Positions 10,693 through 20,099 are shown, counted from the stretch's first letter. The stretch: DNA of 64,000 bases from Candidatus Falkowbacteria bacterium (GCA_013336275.1 JAAXUA010000002.1:127904-191903), one strand, 5' to 3'. Notes: a model not told the origin generated them from the sequence alone. Made by a program: numbers and translations.

Positions 10693-10703
10693 TTAGTATC
10701 ATA

Positions 10704-10732
10704 GAAAACGCCTGCTTCTGGCGGGCGTTTTC
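10704..10732 (+). terminator. Terminator-like hairpin between dsbA and tRNA-Ser
   Basis: gaaaacgcctgc-ttctg-gcgggcgttttc. Confidence 0.6.
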
Positions 10733-10736
10733 ATTT

Positions 10737-10826
10737 GGAGAGATCGCATAGTGGTCGAGTGCGCTCGCTTGGAAAGCGGGTAAGCTGTAAAAGGCTTCGA
10801 GGGTTCAAATCCCTCTCTCTCCGCCA
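10737..10826 (+). tRNA. tRNA-Ser(GGA)
   Basis: Acceptor GGAGAGA/TCTCTCC; anticodon arm ctcgc-ttGGAaa-gcggg; long variable arm; GGTTCAAATCC; encoded CCA. Confidence 0.96.
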
Positions 10827-10862
10827 AATAAATCAGACCCCATTATGGGGTCTGATTTATTT
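10826..10862 (+). terminator. 17-bp perfect hairpin after tRNA-Ser
   Basis: aaataaatcagacccca-tta-tggggtctgatttattt. Confidence 0.8.
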
Positions 10863-10986
10863 TGTGAAGACGGGAGGGTAAGAATTCTCGCTTGATAATA
10901 GGCGGATGTCAATCAGAAATAATAATAGTGATAGTCTAGATATTAAATGAAAGGTTTTTGAAATGATCAAAGGGGCTTCCGCCCTG

Positions 10987-11027
10987 CCTGCCTGCCGGCA
11001 GGTAGGTTCAAATCCCTCTCTCTCCGC
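10987..11027 (+). repeat. Short palindrome fused to a 23-bp duplicate of the tRNA-Ser 3' end (att-like remnant)
   Basis: ggttcaaatccctctctctccgc at 11005-11027 is identical to 10802-10824; preceded by cctgcctgc-cg-gcaggtagg. Confidence 0.85.
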
Positions 11028-11030
11028 ACA

Positions 11031-11063
11031 TAAAGCAGCCCGGAAATTGTCGGGCTGTTTTTA
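11031..11063 (+). terminator. Hairpin after the tRNA fragment
   Basis: aaagcagcccg...cgggctgttttt. Confidence 0.65.
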
Positions 11064-11115
11064 ATATTTTGTTAATGCAGGTGGTTTATGATGAAACATA
11101 AACTAATATAATCAT

Positions 11116-11712
11116 ATGAGAAAAATCATTGTTCTGACTTTTATAACGCTCGATGGCGTCATGCAGGCGCCTGGCGGCCCCAAGGAAGATACTTCGGGCG
11201 GTTTCAAATTCGGCGGGTGGACAGTCCCATATTTTGATGAGTTCGCAGGCAAAGTCATGAGTGAACAAATGAAAGGGAAGTACGACCTTCTTCTTGGAAG
11301 AAAAACTTTCGAAATATTTGCAGGCTATTGGCCGCAGCATACGGAAGAGTGGCCTCAAGTCAATCAAATCACAAAATATGTTGTCACTAAAACCCTTAAG
11401 AACCCTGCCTGGGAGAATACCGTGGTTATCAAAGACGATGTCGTGAATGAGATAAGAAAGCTCAAAGAGCAGGACGGGCCGGCGTTGCAAGTGCATGGGA
11501 GCGGTAACTTGATCCAAACGCTTTTGAAGAACGATTTGGTCGATGAATTGTGGCTCAAAATATTTCCCATCACGCTCGGTTCGGGAAAACGTTTGTTCGC
11601 TGAGGGCGTCATCCCCGCGGCCTTCACTCTCGTGGAGTCTCAAGCATCACCCAGCGGAGTCATCATCGCTTCTTATAAACGAGCAGGCGAAGTAAAAACC
11701 GGCTCGTTTTAA
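11116..11712 (+). CDS. Dihydrofolate reductase-like (RibD C-terminal) protein
   Basis: TLDGVMQAPGG, LLGRKTF, GSGNLIQ, DELWL..P..LGSGKRLF. Confidence 0.92.
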   Translation: MRKIIVLTFITLDGVMQAPGGPKEDTSGGFKFGGWTVPYFDEFAGKVMSEQMKGKYDLLLGRKTFEIFAGYWPQHTEEWPQVNQITKYVVTKTLKNPAWENTVVIKDDVVNEIRKLKEQDGPALQVHGSGNLIQTLLKNDLVDELWLKIFPITLGSGKRLFAEGVIPAAFTLVESQASPSGVIIASYKRAGEVKTGSF

Positions 11713-11813
11713 TGCAGAAGCAATTTGTCCTCTGAGATTCTTTTGTGCTATGAAAATTGAGTTTCGCGCCAAGTCATGCTAACTTTAAATTGTTAGCATT
11801 TATCAAAATATCT

Positions 11814-12539
11814 ATGTTCAAAGAAAAGACTGTCCTAGTAACCGGCGGTTCGAGCGGTATCGGCAAAGTCGCTGCGATTTTGTTCGCTCAGCAAGGAGCG
11901 GACGTCGTGATTACGTACAAGAGTAATAAGGAGGGCGCCAAAGACACAGTCAAGGAAATAAGGAAATTGAAAAGAAAGGCCATTGCTATCAAGGCGGACC
12001 TAATCAAAGAAGGCAATGCCAAGCGGGTAGCGGAGAAGGCGCTTGAAAAATTCGGCAAAATCGACGTCCTGGTTAATAATGCCGGGCGGTATATCGACGG
12101 CGACGAATGGGATGGCGAATCGAAAGTCTGGATAGAGTCGTTGGGTCAAAATTTGGTCTCAGTAATGAATATGTCGAAATATGCCGCGGAGGCATTCAAG
12201 CGGCAAGGCAGGGGCGTGATAGTGAATGTCGCTTCCGAACTCGGACACTCCGGCAGCGCAGATGCCATTTCCTATGGCGCAGCCAAGGCCGGCATCGTGA
12301 ATGTCACTAAAGCCTACGCTAAATTATTATCTTCATCGAATGGCCGCGCTAATTCGGTTTCTCCCGGCGCAGCCAACGTCGGCTATTGGCTGACGGCGCC
12401 GAAAGAGGAGTTGGAAGAGCGCATCGCCCGGACTCCGAATCATCGCTTGGTCGAGCCAGCGGAGGTTGCCCAAAAGATAGCATATCTGGCGTCAGACGAA
12501 GCTAGCGCAATCAATGGCCAGGATTTTCTGATCGAATAG
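11814..12539 (+). CDS. Short-chain dehydrogenase/reductase
   Basis: TGGSSGIG, NNAG, YGAAK. Confidence 0.92.
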   Translation: MFKEKTVLVTGGSSGIGKVAAILFAQQGADVVITYKSNKEGAKDTVKEIRKLKRKAIAIKADLIKEGNAKRVAEKALEKFGKIDVLVNNAGRYIDGDEWDGESKVWIESLGQNLVSVMNMSKYAAEAFKRQGRGVIVNVASELGHSGSADAISYGAAKAGIVNVTKAYAKLLSSSNGRANSVSPGAANVGYWLTAPKEELEERIARTPNHRLVEPAEVAQKIAYLASDEASAINGQDFLIE

Positions 12540-12666
12540 CCATTGTCGTAAAAAATCAATAATTTCTTCAAATAAAAAACAGCCACCGGTTACCCAGTGG
12601 CTTGTGTTGCATAGAGTGTTGATCATTGCGACCAGTCGTAGACGTAGACGTCCAGTCCGTTCGCAA

Positions 12667-13209
12667 TCAGCGGTTCTTGAGGATATCGGAGTATCCGTTT
12701 TTCTCCAGCCATTCGCGCTGGTTCAGCCGGCCGGAGCTAGCGTCATAGATGACGAGCGCCAGCCAGAGCAGGAGCAGCAGAATAGTGGCCGTCTTTTCGC
12801 CAGACCTGCCATAAAGGTAGGTGACCGGCAACAGGATGGCCAGGAGGTAGAGAAACAGCGGCACGATTGCCAGGTTGTGGTAGATGTCCACTGCTTGGCC
12901 GAGCTGCCAGTTCGAGTTGGCCAGAACGCCGACTTCGATAATAACGCCGAGCCCCAGGCAGACGAACGCCAGGGCCAGATGCAAGAGGTCGGAGGTCAGC
13001 CAAGAGGGCAGGATGTGCACCCGTTTCAGGACGGTCACGGCGATCAGGATGATGACGATCAGACCGATGTCGCCATAGCGGGCGGCGTGCGAGACGTTGT
13101 AGGAAAAGCCTTCGAGCGTCTCCCGTCCGGCGTCGATGACGAAGCCGGTCAAGAGATAGAGCAGGAGTGCTAACCCCCAGATGGGCAATTGATAAAGTGC
13201 ATTATGCAT
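12667..13209 (-). CDS. Hypothetical multi-pass membrane protein
   Basis: About 5 hydrophobic segments; AAAGGAGG RBS before the ATG at 13209. Confidence 0.7.
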   Translation of the reverse strand: MHNALYQLPIWGLALLLYLLTGFVIDAGRETLEGFSYNVSHAARYGDIGLIVIILIAVTVLKRVHILPSWLTSDLLHLALAFVCLGLGVIIEVGVLANSNWQLGQAVDIYHNLAIVPLFLYLLAILLPVTYLYGRSGEKTATILLLLLWLALVIYDASSGRLNQREWLEKNGYSDILKNR

Positions 13210-13471
13210 GGCAAAGCCTCCTTTCGGGCGTTTTTTTGGTGTTTTTGCTAAGCAAAGATTCTTCACCATACTATAAAATAGCCTTATTGTCAATTAAAAT
13301 CACCAATATCCATCGGCCTCCCGCTTGTATTGACATTTTGGCTGATTTTTGCTATGATTACCCGCGTAAGTGTTTCTCAGTAAGTTTTCTATTTCTTGTC
13401 ATACAAATGCGAGAGTAGAGGCGAAGAGAAGGTCGCCTTACATTTTATAAAATATAAGTTTGCAAACTTGT

Positions 13472-13810
13472 ATGGCAAAGAAGTTATACGTCGGCAACTT
13501 GTCTTATAGCTCCACTGAGCAGTCTCTTCGCGAGGCTTTCGCTCCGTTCGGTGCTATCACTTCAGTGAGCATCATCACTGATAAGATGACTGGCCGCTCT
13601 AAGGGTTTTGGTTTCGTCGAAATGGATAATGACGACGAGGCACAGCAGGCAATCGATGCTATGAACGGCAAAGAAGTCGATGGCCGCACCCTGACCGTTA
13701 ACGAGGCTCGTCCAATGACTGAGCGCCCACCTCGCCGTGATTTCAATCGCGGTGGCGGTGATCGCGGAGGTTTCGGCGGCGGCAATCGTGAACGTCGTTC
13801 CAGCTGGTAA
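13472..13810 (+). CDS. RRM RNA-binding protein with Gly/Arg tail
   Basis: RNP2 LYVGNL; RNP1 KGFGFVEM. Confidence 0.95.
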   Translation: MAKKLYVGNLSYSSTEQSLREAFAPFGAITSVSIITDKMTGRSKGFGFVEMDNDDEAQQAIDAMNGKEVDGRTLTVNEARPMTERPPRRDFNRGGGDRGGFGGGNRERRSSW

Positions 13811-13828
13811 ACATCAGTAGTTAACGAT

Positions 13829-13860
13829 AAAAAAAGTCCCGGATAATCCGGGACTTTTTT
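13829..13860. terminator. Bidirectional terminator
   Basis: aaaaaagtcccgga-taa-tccgggactttttt between convergent genes. Confidence 0.85.
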
Positions 13861-13880
13861 GTATGTCGGAAATATTGGCG

Positions 13881-14627
13881 CTAGCCGAGATTCTTGAGCA
13901 ATGACATGATGACGATGCCCAAGATGATGCCGCAGAACTGCTGCAGGGTCTTGGAGAGGGCGGTGTGCTTCTTCAACTCTGGAATCAGGTCGGCAGTGGC
14001 GATGTAAATGAAGCCGCCGGCGGTTATCGGCAGGATATAATCGGTCAGATTCGGAATCCTGGTGCTCAAGAGCAGGGTCAGGGCCGCGCCGATGACTGAA
14101 AGCAAAGAAGAAAGAAAATTATATGTCAGGGCCTTGGCGCGCGTGTAGCCGGAGTGGATTAGGACGCCGAGGTCGCCAATCTCTTGTGGGACTTCGTGTG
14201 CCAGGACGGCGATCAAGGTGGCCAGCCCCAAAGGGATACTGACCAGGAAAGCGCCAGCGATGACTGCGCCGTCGATGAAGTTATGCAAGGCGTCGCCGAC
14301 CAGATTCATTACGCCCAAGGTTTTGTTATGCTCGCATTCTTCGTGGTTGTGGCAGTGGTGCCAGTGGACGATTTTTTCTAAGACGAAGAACATCAAAACG
14401 CCAACCAGGAAGAGGTACCAGATCAGGAGTTTGCCGTCGGCCTTCTCGGCGGCTTCGGGCAAAAGATGGATGGCGGCGTCGCCTAGCATCGTGCCGGCTG
14501 ACAGGCTGACCAGAAACATGATTACGCGTTCGGTCTTGGATTCGGAAAAGAAGAGGAAGAAGATCCCAATCAAGGAAGCGGCCGAAACCAAAAAGACGCT
14601 GCCGAAAATGTAGAGGTAAAGTGACAT
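13881..14627 (-). CDS. ZIP-family metal transporter
   Basis: HLLPEA, His-rich loop HWHHCHNH, HNFIDG, HEVPQEIGD. Confidence 0.95.
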   Translation of the reverse strand: MSLYLYIFGSVFLVSAASLIGIFFLFFSESKTERVIMFLVSLSAGTMLGDAAIHLLPEAAEKADGKLLIWYLFLVGVLMFFVLEKIVHWHHCHNHEECEHNKTLGVMNLVGDALHNFIDGAVIAGAFLVSIPLGLATLIAVLAHEVPQEIGDLGVLIHSGYTRAKALTYNFLSSLLSVIGAALTLLLSTRIPNLTDYILPITAGGFIYIATADLIPELKKHTALSKTLQQFCGIILGIVIMSLLKNLG

Positions 14628-14661
14628 TCGTTATATTGATAATTACTTTAATTGTAGCACA

Positions 14662-14699
14662 AAACCCCTTTTGACCTAAGGGGTTTAATGCCATATAAT
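14662..14699 (+). promoter_or_regulatory. Sigma70 promoter whose -35 is flanked by a 9-bp inverted repeat
   Basis: aaacccctt-TTGACCt-aaggggttt; TATAAT at 14694, 17-bp spacer. Confidence 0.6.
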
Positions 14700-14726
14700 G
14701 GTAGCACTAATAACTGATTTGGCAAT

Positions 14727-15092
14727 ATGGACTTTTCTCTTGACAAAAATAAGATAAATCTGTCTGGTGATGTTATTTTGCGGCGAGCCGGTTATGGCTT
14801 TATCCATGACAGTAAAACCGGCAAGGACAGTTATGTCCGACGCATGACCCGGGATTTCTACCCGCGCCTACATATGTACGTCAAGGAAGACCAGCAAAGC
14901 GTCGTTTTCAGCCTGCATCTGGATCAGAAGCGGGCTAGCTACCAAGGCAGCCACATGCACAATGCCGAATATGACGGACCGATCGTGGCCGGGGAAGTAG
15001 AGCGGCTGAAGCAGGTGGTTATGGGATTGTTGTCCCAGCCAGCTCCAGGGGCGCAGCCGGAATCAGAGAAGAAATGGTATAAGTTCTGGTAG
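14727..15092 (+). CDS. Hypothetical protein upstream of dnaG
   Basis: Clean ORF (LRRAGY, YPRLH, LHLDQK, HNAEYDG) with its own promoter. Confidence 0.75.
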   Translation: MDFSLDKNKINLSGDVILRRAGYGFIHDSKTGKDSYVRRMTRDFYPRLHMYVKEDQQSVVFSLHLDQKRASYQGSHMHNAEYDGPIVAGEVERLKQVVMGLLSQPAPGAQPESEKKWYKFW

Positions 15093-15126
15093 GTTTTAAA
15101 TTTAAATCCCAAGTTTCAAATAGACA

Positions 15127-17127
15127 ATGAATCCCTCAGATGAAGTAAAAGCCAAACTCGACCTCGTGGATGTCATCCGCGGCTACATCGACCTCAAACC
15201 GGCCGGTGTGAATTTTCGCGCCAATTGCCCGTTCCATCGCGAGAAGTCTCCTTCATTCATCGTCAGTCCGGACAAGCAGATCTGGCACTGTTTCGGTTGC
15301 GGCAAGGGCGGCGACCTGTTCACCTTTGTCATGGACATCGAGGGCCTGTCTTTCATCGAGACGCTGCGTCTGCTGGCGCCCAAGGCAGGCGTCGAGCTCA
15401 AGCAAGCCGACCCGAAGCTGGCTTCACAAAGAAGCCGCTCGCTCGACGCCATGGAACTCGCCACCAAATATTATCATCACATTCTCACCACCTCGAAGCA
15501 AGCCCAGCCGGCTCGCGATTATCTGGCCCAGCGCGGTCTGAGCGAAGAGACAATCAGCGAGTGGCGCATCGGCTACAGTCCGGACAGCTGGGATGACCTG
15601 GTTAATTTTCTAGGCAGCCGCGGTTTCACGCCAAACGAGATATTCGCAGCCGGACTAAGTACTAAGAAAGAAGGCGCTAATCGTTTCTATAACCGTTTTC
15701 GCGGACGCATCATGTTCCCGATCGCCGATGCCAACGGCGACGTCGTCGCTTTTACGGCCCGCGTCAGCCCGGAAAAAGAAGCGACCGAGAAGATGGGCAA
15801 ATACATCAATAGCCCACAGACTTCGATATATGACAAGAGCAAAATACTTTTCGGGTTGAACCGGGCCAAGCAGGCAATCCGGCAGGAGAACGCGGCCGTC
15901 CTGGTCGAAGGGCAGATGGATGTCATTACCGCTCACCAGCATGGCTTCAAGAACGTGATCGCAACTTCGGGCACGGCCTTGACCGCCGATCAGCTGGACA
16001 TGATTAAGCGCTACACGACCAACATTTCCTTGGCGCTCGACGCCGATTCCGCCGGGCAAGAAGCGATCCAGCGCGGAGAGCAGATGGCCCGCTCCATCGA
16101 CTATCAAGAAATGGAGGCGGAAGACGCGCGCGGCCGCTTGCGCCGTTACGTCGATCCGGAACAGAGCTATACCTTCCATTTGAAAGTGGTTGAAATACCG
16201 AACGGCAAGGACCCGGACGATTGCATCCGCAACAATCCCGAAGAGTGGCGGCAAGCGGTCGCCTCCGGCAAGCAAGTGATGGAATTCTACTTCGACAAGG
16301 CGCTGGCTACGCTCGATGTCCGCAATATCGAGCATCGGCGGGCGGCCTTGAAAGTCCTCTTGCCCAAGCTCGTCGAGCTGGGCAGGGAAAACCGCAGTGA
16401 ACAGGATTTCTGGCTCAAGCGCTTGTCGCAGCGGTTGGATATCTCCGAGACGGCCTTGCGCGAGGACTTGGCGGCCGCCGAGGCGCAGTTCCGCCCGCAG
16501 AACAACCCGAGACCGCGGCCAAAAGAGGCGGCACCGCTGGCCCCCAAGAGCCGAGGCGAGCAATTGTCCGAGCTGCTCCTGGCTTTGGCGTTGCGCCAGC
16601 CCAATTATTTCAGTTATTTGGCGAACAATCTGCAGCTCGATCAGGTCATCGGTTCGGCCAATCAGGGTCTTTACAAGGGGCTGATAATCTATTATAATAA
16701 AAACACTGAAACCTGGCTTTCGGGGACCTTGGCCGAAGACATCGGCGATGGCCAAAATAGGCCACAAAACGCCCCAGAAAGCAACCAATTCAGTTATCAA
16801 ATCATTAGAGAGTGGCTAAACTTACCTGAAGCCGCTCATGCTTTGTTGGCTGACCAACCGGCAATCGATCGGATCAAGCGCAAGCTGGATGAATTGACGT
16901 TGCTGGGAGAAAAGGAATTTTTCCAGCTGGAGCTGGAAGAAGCGCGGGCCGAAATCATTCGCCTGACCGCCTGGCTCAAGAAGCAGTATTTACAATCACG
17001 GCTGAAGGACGTCAGCCAGCTGATCAAGCAGGTTGAGGCCGAGAACAACCTCAGTCGCCTACAACCCCTGCTCGAGGAGTTCAAGTTCCTGTCCGAAGAA
17101 CTAAAGGAGTTTAATCATATTAATTAG
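15127..17127 (+). CDS. dnaG: DNA primase
   Basis: CPFH..CFGC Zn finger, FRGRIMFPI, KYINSP, VEGQMD, DADSAG, GKDPD. Confidence 0.98.
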   Translation: MNPSDEVKAKLDLVDVIRGYIDLKPAGVNFRANCPFHREKSPSFIVSPDKQIWHCFGCGKGGDLFTFVMDIEGLSFIETLRLLAPKAGVELKQADPKLASQRSRSLDAMELATKYYHHILTTSKQAQPARDYLAQRGLSEETISEWRIGYSPDSWDDLVNFLGSRGFTPNEIFAAGLSTKKEGANRFYNRFRGRIMFPIADANGDVVAFTARVSPEKEATEKMGKYINSPQTSIYDKSKILFGLNRAKQAIRQENAAVLVEGQMDVITAHQHGFKNVIATSGTALTADQLDMIKRYTTNISLALDADSAGQEAIQRGEQMARSIDYQEMEAEDARGRLRRYVDPEQSYTFHLKVVEIPNGKDPDDCIRNNPEEWRQAVASGKQVMEFYFDKALATLDVRNIEHRRAALKVLLPKLVELGRENRSEQDFWLKRLSQRLDISETALREDLAAAEAQFRPQNNPRPRPKEAAPLAPKSRGEQLSELLLALALRQPNYFSYLANNLQLDQVIGSANQGLYKGLIIYYNKNTETWLSGTLAEDIGDGQNRPQNAPESNQFSYQIIREWLNLPEAAHALLADQPAIDRIKRKLDELTLLGEKEFFQLELEEARAEIIRLTAWLKKQYLQSRLKDVSQLIKQVEAENNLSRLQPLLEEFKFLSEELKEFNHIN

Positions 17128-17139
17128 CAAATCACGATA

Positions 17140-18486
17140 ATGGCAAACAAAAAAGCCAAGCCAACTCCAAAAACTCAGAAGGCTGCTCCGGTGAAGAAGG
17201 CTGTGAAAAAGCCTGAGCCGAAGAAGCCGGTCAAGAAAGCGCCTGCTCCGGTGAAGAAGGCTGTGAAAAAGCCTGAGCCGAAGAAGCCGGTCAAGAAAGC
17301 GCCTGCTCCGGTGAAGAAGGCTGTGAAAAAGCCTGAGCCGAAGAAGCCGGCAGCCAAAGCGGCCAAGCCCGTCGAGGCCGAGATCATCATACCGGACGAT
17401 GTCAAGGTCAAGAGCCTGATCGTCAAAGGACGTTCCCGCGGCTTCGTCACGGAAACGGAGATTTTGTTTGTCTTCCCTCAGGTCGAGGAATACCTCTTCG
17501 ACTACGAGCTCATGCTCGAGGATTTGCAGAAGAACGGCATCCAGATCATCGAGGATTCGGGAGGATTTTTGGATTTCGAGCTGGACGAGAAGAAGAAGCA
17601 GCGCGTCGCCGAAATCACCGGCACCGCCAAAGACAAAAAGAAATTCGATATTTCCGAACTGTCTGCCGACTCGATCCAGATGTACTTGAAGGAAATCGGC
17701 AAAGTGCCGCTCTTGACCAACTCGGAAGAAATCGAGCTGGCTAAGCGCAAAGAGAAGGGCGATAAGGAGGCCGAGCGCCGCCTGATTGAAGCCAACCTGC
17801 GCTTGGTCGTATCTATCGCCAAGAAATTCACCGGCGCCAAGGGTTTGTCCTTGCTGGACCTGATCCAAGAAGGCAACATCGGCCTGTTCCGCGCCGTCGA
17901 AAAATTCGAATATCGCAAAGGCTATAAGTTCTCGACCTACGCAACTTGGTGGATTCGCCAGGCCATCACCCGCGCCTTGGCCGACCAATCCCGCACCATC
18001 CGCATCCCGGTCCACATGGTCGAGACTATCAATAAATTCCAGCAGATCCAGCGCCAGCTGATTCAGGACCTGGGCCGCGAACCGATGCCCGAGGAGATCG
18101 CTTCGGAAATGGGCGAAGACATCGAGAAGGTCAGGCACGTCATCAAGATCTCCCAGGATACCATTTCCTTGGAAACCTCCATCGGTGAAGACGAAGAGGA
18201 TTCGACCCTGGAAGACTTCATCGAGGACGTCAAGAACGTCACCCCGGACCGGGCCGCCGCTTTGCAGCTCTTGAAGGACTATGTCCGCGAGGTCATCTCG
18301 CACTTGAGCCCGCGCGAGCAGAAGATTCTCGAAATGCGCTTCGGCTTAGTCGATGGCGTGGCCCACACCTTGGAAGAGGTCGGCCGTGAATTCGACGTTA
18401 CCCGCGAGCGTATCCGCCAGATCGAGGCCAAGGCTCTCGAGCGCATCCAGAAACACGAAGGTATCAAGAAGCTGCGCGACTACTAA
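17140..18486 (+). CDS. rpoD: Primary sigma factor with K/P/A-rich N-terminal repeats
   Basis: [42 protein letters not shown]. Confidence 0.98.
   Translation: MANKKAKPTPKTQKAAPVKKAVKKPEPKKPVKKAPAPVKKAVKKPEPKKPVKKAPAPVKKAVKKPEPKKPAAKAAKPVEAEIIIPDDVKVKSLIVKGRSRGFVTETEILFVFPQVEEYLFDYELMLEDLQKNGIQIIEDSGGFLDFELDEKKKQRVAEITGTAKDKKKFDISELSADSIQMYLKEIGKVPLLTNSEEIELAKRKEKGDKEAERRLIEANLRLVVSIAKKFTGAKGLSLLDLIQEGNIGLFRAVEKFEYRKGYKFSTYATWWIRQAITRALADQSRTIRIPVHMVETINKFQQIQRQLIQDLGREPMPEEIASEMGEDIEKVRHVIKISQDTISLETSIGEDEEDSTLEDFIEDVKNVTPDRAAALQLLKDYVREVISHLSPREQKILEMRFGLVDGVAHTLEEVGREFDVTRERIRQIEAKALERIQKHEGIKKLRDY
17183..17350 (+). repeat. Perfect 60-bp tandem repeat (2.8 copies) in rpoD
   Basis: Unit encodes [20 protein letters not shown]; the lines starting 17221 and 17281 are identical. 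Confidence 0.95.
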
Positions 18487-18505
18487 ACAGAAATATTTTT
18501 CAGAT

Positions 18506-18538
18506 AAAAAAACGCCCCTCAGTACGAGGGGCTTTTTG
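18506..18538. terminator. Bidirectional terminator after rpoD
   Basis: aaaaaac-gcccctc-agtac-gaggggc-ttttt. Confidence 0.8.
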
Positions 18539-19810
18539 TTAGTCGAAAGGGCGGCAATCCAGGATTTTTTTGGCCGATGACATCAGGCTAGTGGCCAGCT
18601 TGCGGTCTTCGGCGTGGCGTCGGGCGGCTTTGAGATAGAACTCGGCTTGGATGCCCTGAGCGCGATAGGGCAGGACCGAAGCTTGGGCCAGTGAGAACAG
18701 CACTTGACCGAGCAGAAGGCGCAAGGCTTCAGGCGACAGCTGTTTCATGGTCCAGCTTTGCATCACCACGCTCAGTTGGTCCAAGGATTCGCTGAGCCCG
18801 TCGAGAACGTTTTTTTTCTTCGTTTCGAGTGCTTGCTTGCGCCTGAGGATGAACGGCACGATAGAGGCGATCTCTTCGAGGCGTTCAGCCAAGCGGTTAA
18901 GCAGGGCGGCGGTTCTGGCAGCTTGGGCACCAGGATTGGTCCTGTCGAGCGAGTCATGCGGCTCGGTCAGATGTTTGGCTTGGCTGCGAGCCGAGCTCTT
19001 GCGAGGGTTGCGGCTGCGAGCCAGATTTCTGCCGATCTCCTCGGCCAAGTTCTTGATGTGCTCGGTCAGCTCTTCCGGTGTCAGTCTGCCTTTGATGGTA
19101 AGTTCTTTCCAGGACAAGACCAAGCCGTGAATCTGTCCGGCCAACAGCTTGAGGTCGTCGAGACGGTCGGTTTCTCCGGCTAGTTTCTCTACCGTCCCTA
19201 AATATCGGTCCAAGATATGCTGTTGCATCCTGATGGCGGCGTTGAGGTCGGCAGATTTGAATTCTACCTTTATTTCTTTGTCCGCTAAACGGTCGGTCCG
19301 GCTGAAACCCAGGACTCCCTGGACCAGCGGCTTGATGCCGGTTTGGCGCAACAATTCGAAACAGGCCTGCTCCCGGGGGTGCAAGTAGGGAAAATCGGGC
19401 AGGCGATAGGCCGGGTCCTTAATCGAATCCAGAAACAGCTGCTTTTCGGCTTCGGCTGCTGTCAACCGTTGTGAGGCCGCAAAAGCCAAAACTTGGCGAT
19501 GGTACGGCCAAGCGATTTTCAGCTCCTTGTCAGTGTTGGGCTGAGGCAGGTTAGGGGGAGTAGTTTTTGCTTGAGTCTTGGCGGCGTGTCCGGAAAAGAT
19601 GGCACTGACCTGCTTTCGGAGTTCGGCATAAACCTCTTTCGGCAGATTAAGGCCGATCAGCGTCTTTTCCGGAGAGGCCAGGCTTTTCTTGGTCTGAGTG
19701 ACTGTGCCAGAAGCGTCTTTGCGGAAAGTGATCTGTACCAGGCCATAGGTGGCAACTACTTCGACAACGTGGTCGGTTTCCCGGTGGACTGAAATTATCT
19801 GATGCCTCAT
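18539..19810 (-). CDS. Hypothetical helical protein
   Basis: 423-aa ORF; AAAGGAGG RBS; upstream TTGACA promoter. Confidence 0.75.
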   Translation of the reverse strand: MRHQIISVHRETDHVVEVVATYGLVQITFRKDASGTVTQTKKSLASPEKTLIGLNLPKEVYAELRKQVSAIFSGHAAKTQAKTTPPNLPQPNTDKELKIAWPYHRQVLAFAASQRLTAAEAEKQLFLDSIKDPAYRLPDFPYLHPREQACFELLRQTGIKPLVQGVLGFSRTDRLADKEIKVEFKSADLNAAIRMQQHILDRYLGTVEKLAGETDRLDDLKLLAGQIHGLVLSWKELTIKGRLTPEELTEHIKNLAEEIGRNLARSRNPRKSSARSQAKHLTEPHDSLDRTNPGAQAARTAALLNRLAERLEEIASIVPFILRRKQALETKKKNVLDGLSESLDQLSVVMQSWTMKQLSPEALRLLLGQVLFSLAQASVLPYRAQGIQAEFYLKAARRHAEDRKLATSLMSSAKKILDCRPFD

Positions 19811-19988
19811 GCTATAAGCCCTCCTTTAAGGTTATTGGGAATGAACAGGCAATCGTTAATTATTGCCATATTCAGGCTTATTTGTCAATAATTTTAGCTA
19901 ATATGAAATACTATTGACTCTAAGCTATAAATATCATAAAATAGCAATAACCTGCCTGAGGGCAGTTTTAGTTTGAAAAACAGAATAT

Positions 19989-20063
19989 TCCCGGGTAGCG
20001 CAGCGGTAGCGCAGTTCGCTGTTAACGAATTGGTCGTCGGTTCGAATCCGACCCCGGGAGCCA
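19989..20063 (+). tRNA. tRNA-Asn(GTT)
   Basis: Acceptor TCCCGGG/CCCGGGA; anticodon arm ttcg-ctGTTaa-cgaa; GGTTCGAATCC; CCA. Confidence 0.96.
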
Positions 20064-20065
20064 CG

Positions 20066-20099
20066 AAAAATAACGCCTTACATTGGTGTTATTTTTTTT
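20066..20099 (+). terminator. Terminator after tRNA-Asn
   Basis: aaaaataacgcc-ttacatt-ggtgttattttt plus T run. Confidence 0.75.

Noticed and set aside
10737-12539. Active prophage or ICE at tRNA-Ser
   Set aside because: The duplicated tRNA end encloses only about 180 bp, and no integrase or phage genes are present
12623-12666. ttgcga...tcgcaa with cgtaga repeats
   Set aside because: Short, single-copy and compatible with chance in a 3' UTR
17101-18303. Long antisense ORFs (also 15655-16800, 40188-41609, 29662-30534, 12604-13173)
   Set aside because: They are shadows of well-supported genes on the other strand, caused by codon bias
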